58,239 bases of DNA from contig JBKQVS010000065.1 in assembly GCA_052139855.1 (NCBI GenBank), forward strand, positions 1 through 58,239, given 5' to 3'. Of this stretch, positions 56,393-58,239 are shown piece after piece. The notes beneath the pieces were generated by a model. It saw only the letters and a program-made list of their open reading frames with translations. It did not search any database and was not told where the DNA came from. The DNA is from Desulfobaccales bacterium. Its GTDB lineage: Bacteria; Desulfobacterota; Desulfobaccia; Desulfobaccales; 0-14-0-80-60-11. The translations under genes and the position numbers were made by a program. Each line of letters opens with the position of its first letter. Within the stretch, counting starts at the first letter, position 1.

Positions 56393-58189
56393 ATGCCCAA
56401 CATCCGCAATTTCAGCATCATCGCCCATATCGACCACGGCAAGTCCACCCTGGCGGACCGCCTCATCCAGTGGACCGGCATGGTGGGGGAGCGCCAGTTC
56501 CGGGACCAGCTCCTCGACACCATGGACATCGAACGGGAGCGCGGCATCACCATCAAAAGCAACACCATCTCCCTGCCCTACACCGCCGACGACGGTGTCG
56601 AATACGAACTCAACCTCATCGACACCCCGGGCCACGTGGATTTCTCCTACGAGGTTTCCCGGGCCCTGGCCTCCTGCGAGGGCGTGCTGCTCCTGGTGGA
56701 CGCCTCCCAGGGCGTCGAGGCCCAGACCGTGGCCAACCTCTATCTGGCCATGGAGCACGACCTCACCATCATCCCGGTCATCAACAAGATCGACCTGCCC
56801 GCCGCCGACGTGGACGGCGTCAAGGAGCAGATCGAACGCGAGCTGGGCCTGGATTCGGACCACGTTCTCCTGTGCTCCGCCAAGGAAGGCATCGGCATCG
56901 ACGAGATCCTCGAGGCCATCGTCGCCCGGATTCCGCCCCCCAAAGGCAGTGCCGAAGAACCCCTCTCCGGCCTCATCTTCGACGCCCACTACGACTCCTT
57001 CCGGGGCACCGTGGTCTCCTGCCGCATCTTTGAAGGATGCGTCAAGCCCGGGGACATCATCCGCCTCATGTACCACGGCACCGTGCACAAGGTGGAAGAA
57101 ACCGGCGTCTTCCGGCTGACCCGGGAGCCCCGCAAAGAGCTTTCCGCCGGCATGGTGGGCTACCTCATCGCCGGCATCAAGACCGTCAGCGATACCCGCA
57201 TCGGCGACACCGTCACCCTCGAGGCTCGCCCCGCCGCCGCCCCTCTCCCCGGCTTCAAGGAAGTCAAACCCGTGGTCTTCGCCTCCATCTACCCGGTGGG
57301 GAACGACGATTACCAGGACCTGGCCGACTCCCTGGAAAAGTACAAGCTCAACGACGCCTCCCTGGTCTACCAGAAGGACTCCTCCGCCGCCCTGGGCCAG
57401 GGCTTCCGCTGCGGCTTCTTGGGCCTCCTCCACCTGGAGATCGTCCAGGAGCGCCTGGAACGGGAGTACAACCAGTCCATCATCATGACCGTGCCCGGGG
57501 TCCGGTACCGCTTCACCCTGGTGGACGGCAAGACCCTCACCGTGGACAACCCCATGCACTACCCCGACCCCAGCAGCATCAAGCTCGAGGAGGAGCCCTT
57601 TATCCGGACGTCCATCCTCATCCCCGAGCGCTTCGTGGGCGCGGTGATGAAGCTCTGCCTCGAGCGCCGGGGCGTCAATTCCCGCTTCAACTACCCCTCG
57701 CCGGGCCGGGTCGAAATCAACTTCGACATGCCCCTGGCCGAAGTCATCATCGACTTCTACGACCGCCTCAAGACCATCACCCAGGGCTACGGCTCCTTTG
57801 ACTACGAACTCATCGACTACCGGCCCACCAGCCTGCTGAAGCTCGACATCCTGGTGAACGGCGAGAAACTGGACGCCCTCAGCATGATCGTCCACAAGGA
57901 CCGGGTCCGGGAATGGGGCGTCCGGGTTTGCGACCGCCTCAAGGACGAAATCCCCAAACAGCAGTTCAAGATCGCCATCCAGGGGGCCGTGGGGGGCCAG
58001 ATCATCTCCCGCTCCACCATCTCGGCCTTCAGAAAGGACGTCACCGCCAAGTGCTACGGCGGCGATATCACCCGGAAACGCAAACTCCTGGAAAAACAGC
58101 GGGCCGGCAAGAAGCGCATGAAGATGGTGGGCGCCGTCCAGATCCCCCAGAGCGCCTTTGTGGCGGTGCTGAAAACCGAAAATGAGTGA
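56393..58189 (+). CDS. lepA: Translation elongation factor 4 (LepA)
   Basis: IRNFSIIAHIDHGKSTLADR, DTPGHVDF, GFRCGFLGLLH, KCYGGDITRKRKLL. Confidence 0.98.
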   Translation: MPNIRNFSIIAHIDHGKSTLADRLIQWTGMVGERQFRDQLLDTMDIERERGITIKSNTISLPYTADDGVEYELNLIDTPGHVDFSYEVSRALASCEGVLLLVDASQGVEAQTVANLYLAMEHDLTIIPVINKIDLPAADVDGVKEQIERELGLDSDHVLLCSAKEGIGIDEILEAIVARIPPPKGSAEEPLSGLIFDAHYDSFRGTVVSCRIFEGCVKPGDIIRLMYHGTVHKVEETGVFRLTREPRKELSAGMVGYLIAGIKTVSDTRIGDTVTLEARPAAAPLPGFKEVKPVVFASIYPVGNDDYQDLADSLEKYKLNDASLVYQKDSSAALGQGFRCGFLGLLHLEIVQERLEREYNQSIIMTVPGVRYRFTLVDGKTLTVDNPMHYPDPSSIKLEEEPFIRTSILIPERFVGAVMKLCLERRGVNSRFNYPSPGRVEINFDMPLAEVIIDFYDRLKTITQGYGSFDYELIDYRPTSLLKLDILVNGEKLDALSMIVHKDRVREWGVRVCDRLKDEIPKQQFKIAIQGAVGGQIISRSTISAFRKDVTAKCYGGDITRKRKLLEKQRAGKKRMKMVGAVQIPQSAFVAVLKTENE

Positions 58190-58202
58190 TTCTGATATTT
58201 TT

Positions 58203-58239
58203 GAGGGGAGAGCCGGGGGAGGGCAACTCCCCCGCCCTC
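58203..58239 (+). other. GC-rich hairpin after lepA (terminator or repeat), cut by the window edge
   Basis: GAGGG...GGGGGAG-GGCAA-CTCCCCC...CCCTC. Confidence 0.4.

Noticed and set aside
4266-57895. Long antisense or alternate-frame ORFs (e.g. 4266..5483, 6252..7571, 25730..26890, 32780..33913, 34806..36311, 56369..57895)
   Set aside because: Shadows of well-supported genes in high-GC DNA; no motifs.
1-58239. tRNA, rRNA or IS transposase genes
   Set aside because: None recognised by inspection; tRNAscan-SE, Infernal and ISEScan would be needed to exclude them.

Overview
A 58 kb GC-rich bacterial segment. Gene content (sigma-54 two-component systems, a DVU0150/TauE/DUF4881-type module, PEP-synthase-like dikinases, hydrogenase maturation genes) suggests an anaerobic Desulfobacterota; this is inference. 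The first ~545 bp are phage-like and join abruptly into a 5'-truncated YihY gene. 2.9-22 kb is a sigma-54-controlled signalling/transport cluster whose three leftward promoters share one architecture (-24/-12 box, IHF site, conserved 29-bp upstream motif). 22-37 kb is mostly housekeeping (pgi, thrC, rpoZ, rlmH) with one AT-rich islet. Two candidate undescribed systems stand out. (1) 41-52 kb: a V4R/H-NOX-like-GAF-PAS-PAS histidine kinase and three NarL-type regulators, divergent from an LpxL-family acyltransferase + atypical enolase-superfamily operon, next to a FadL porin. The intergenic DNA carries 22-bp-phased operator-like boxes, a duplicated promoter and a 32-aa small ORF, which fits a lipid-autoinducer (quorum-sensing-like) circuit. 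(2) A dispersed prokaryotic ubiquitin-like system: a Ubl with a C-terminal extension, a double-AAA ATPase and an E2-family-D-like protein, the last two split by an AT-rich insert containing a DUF559 nuclease gene bracketed by inverted palindromic repeats. No rRNA, tRNA or CRISPR array was recognised. All product calls are from motif recognition by eye; no searches were run.
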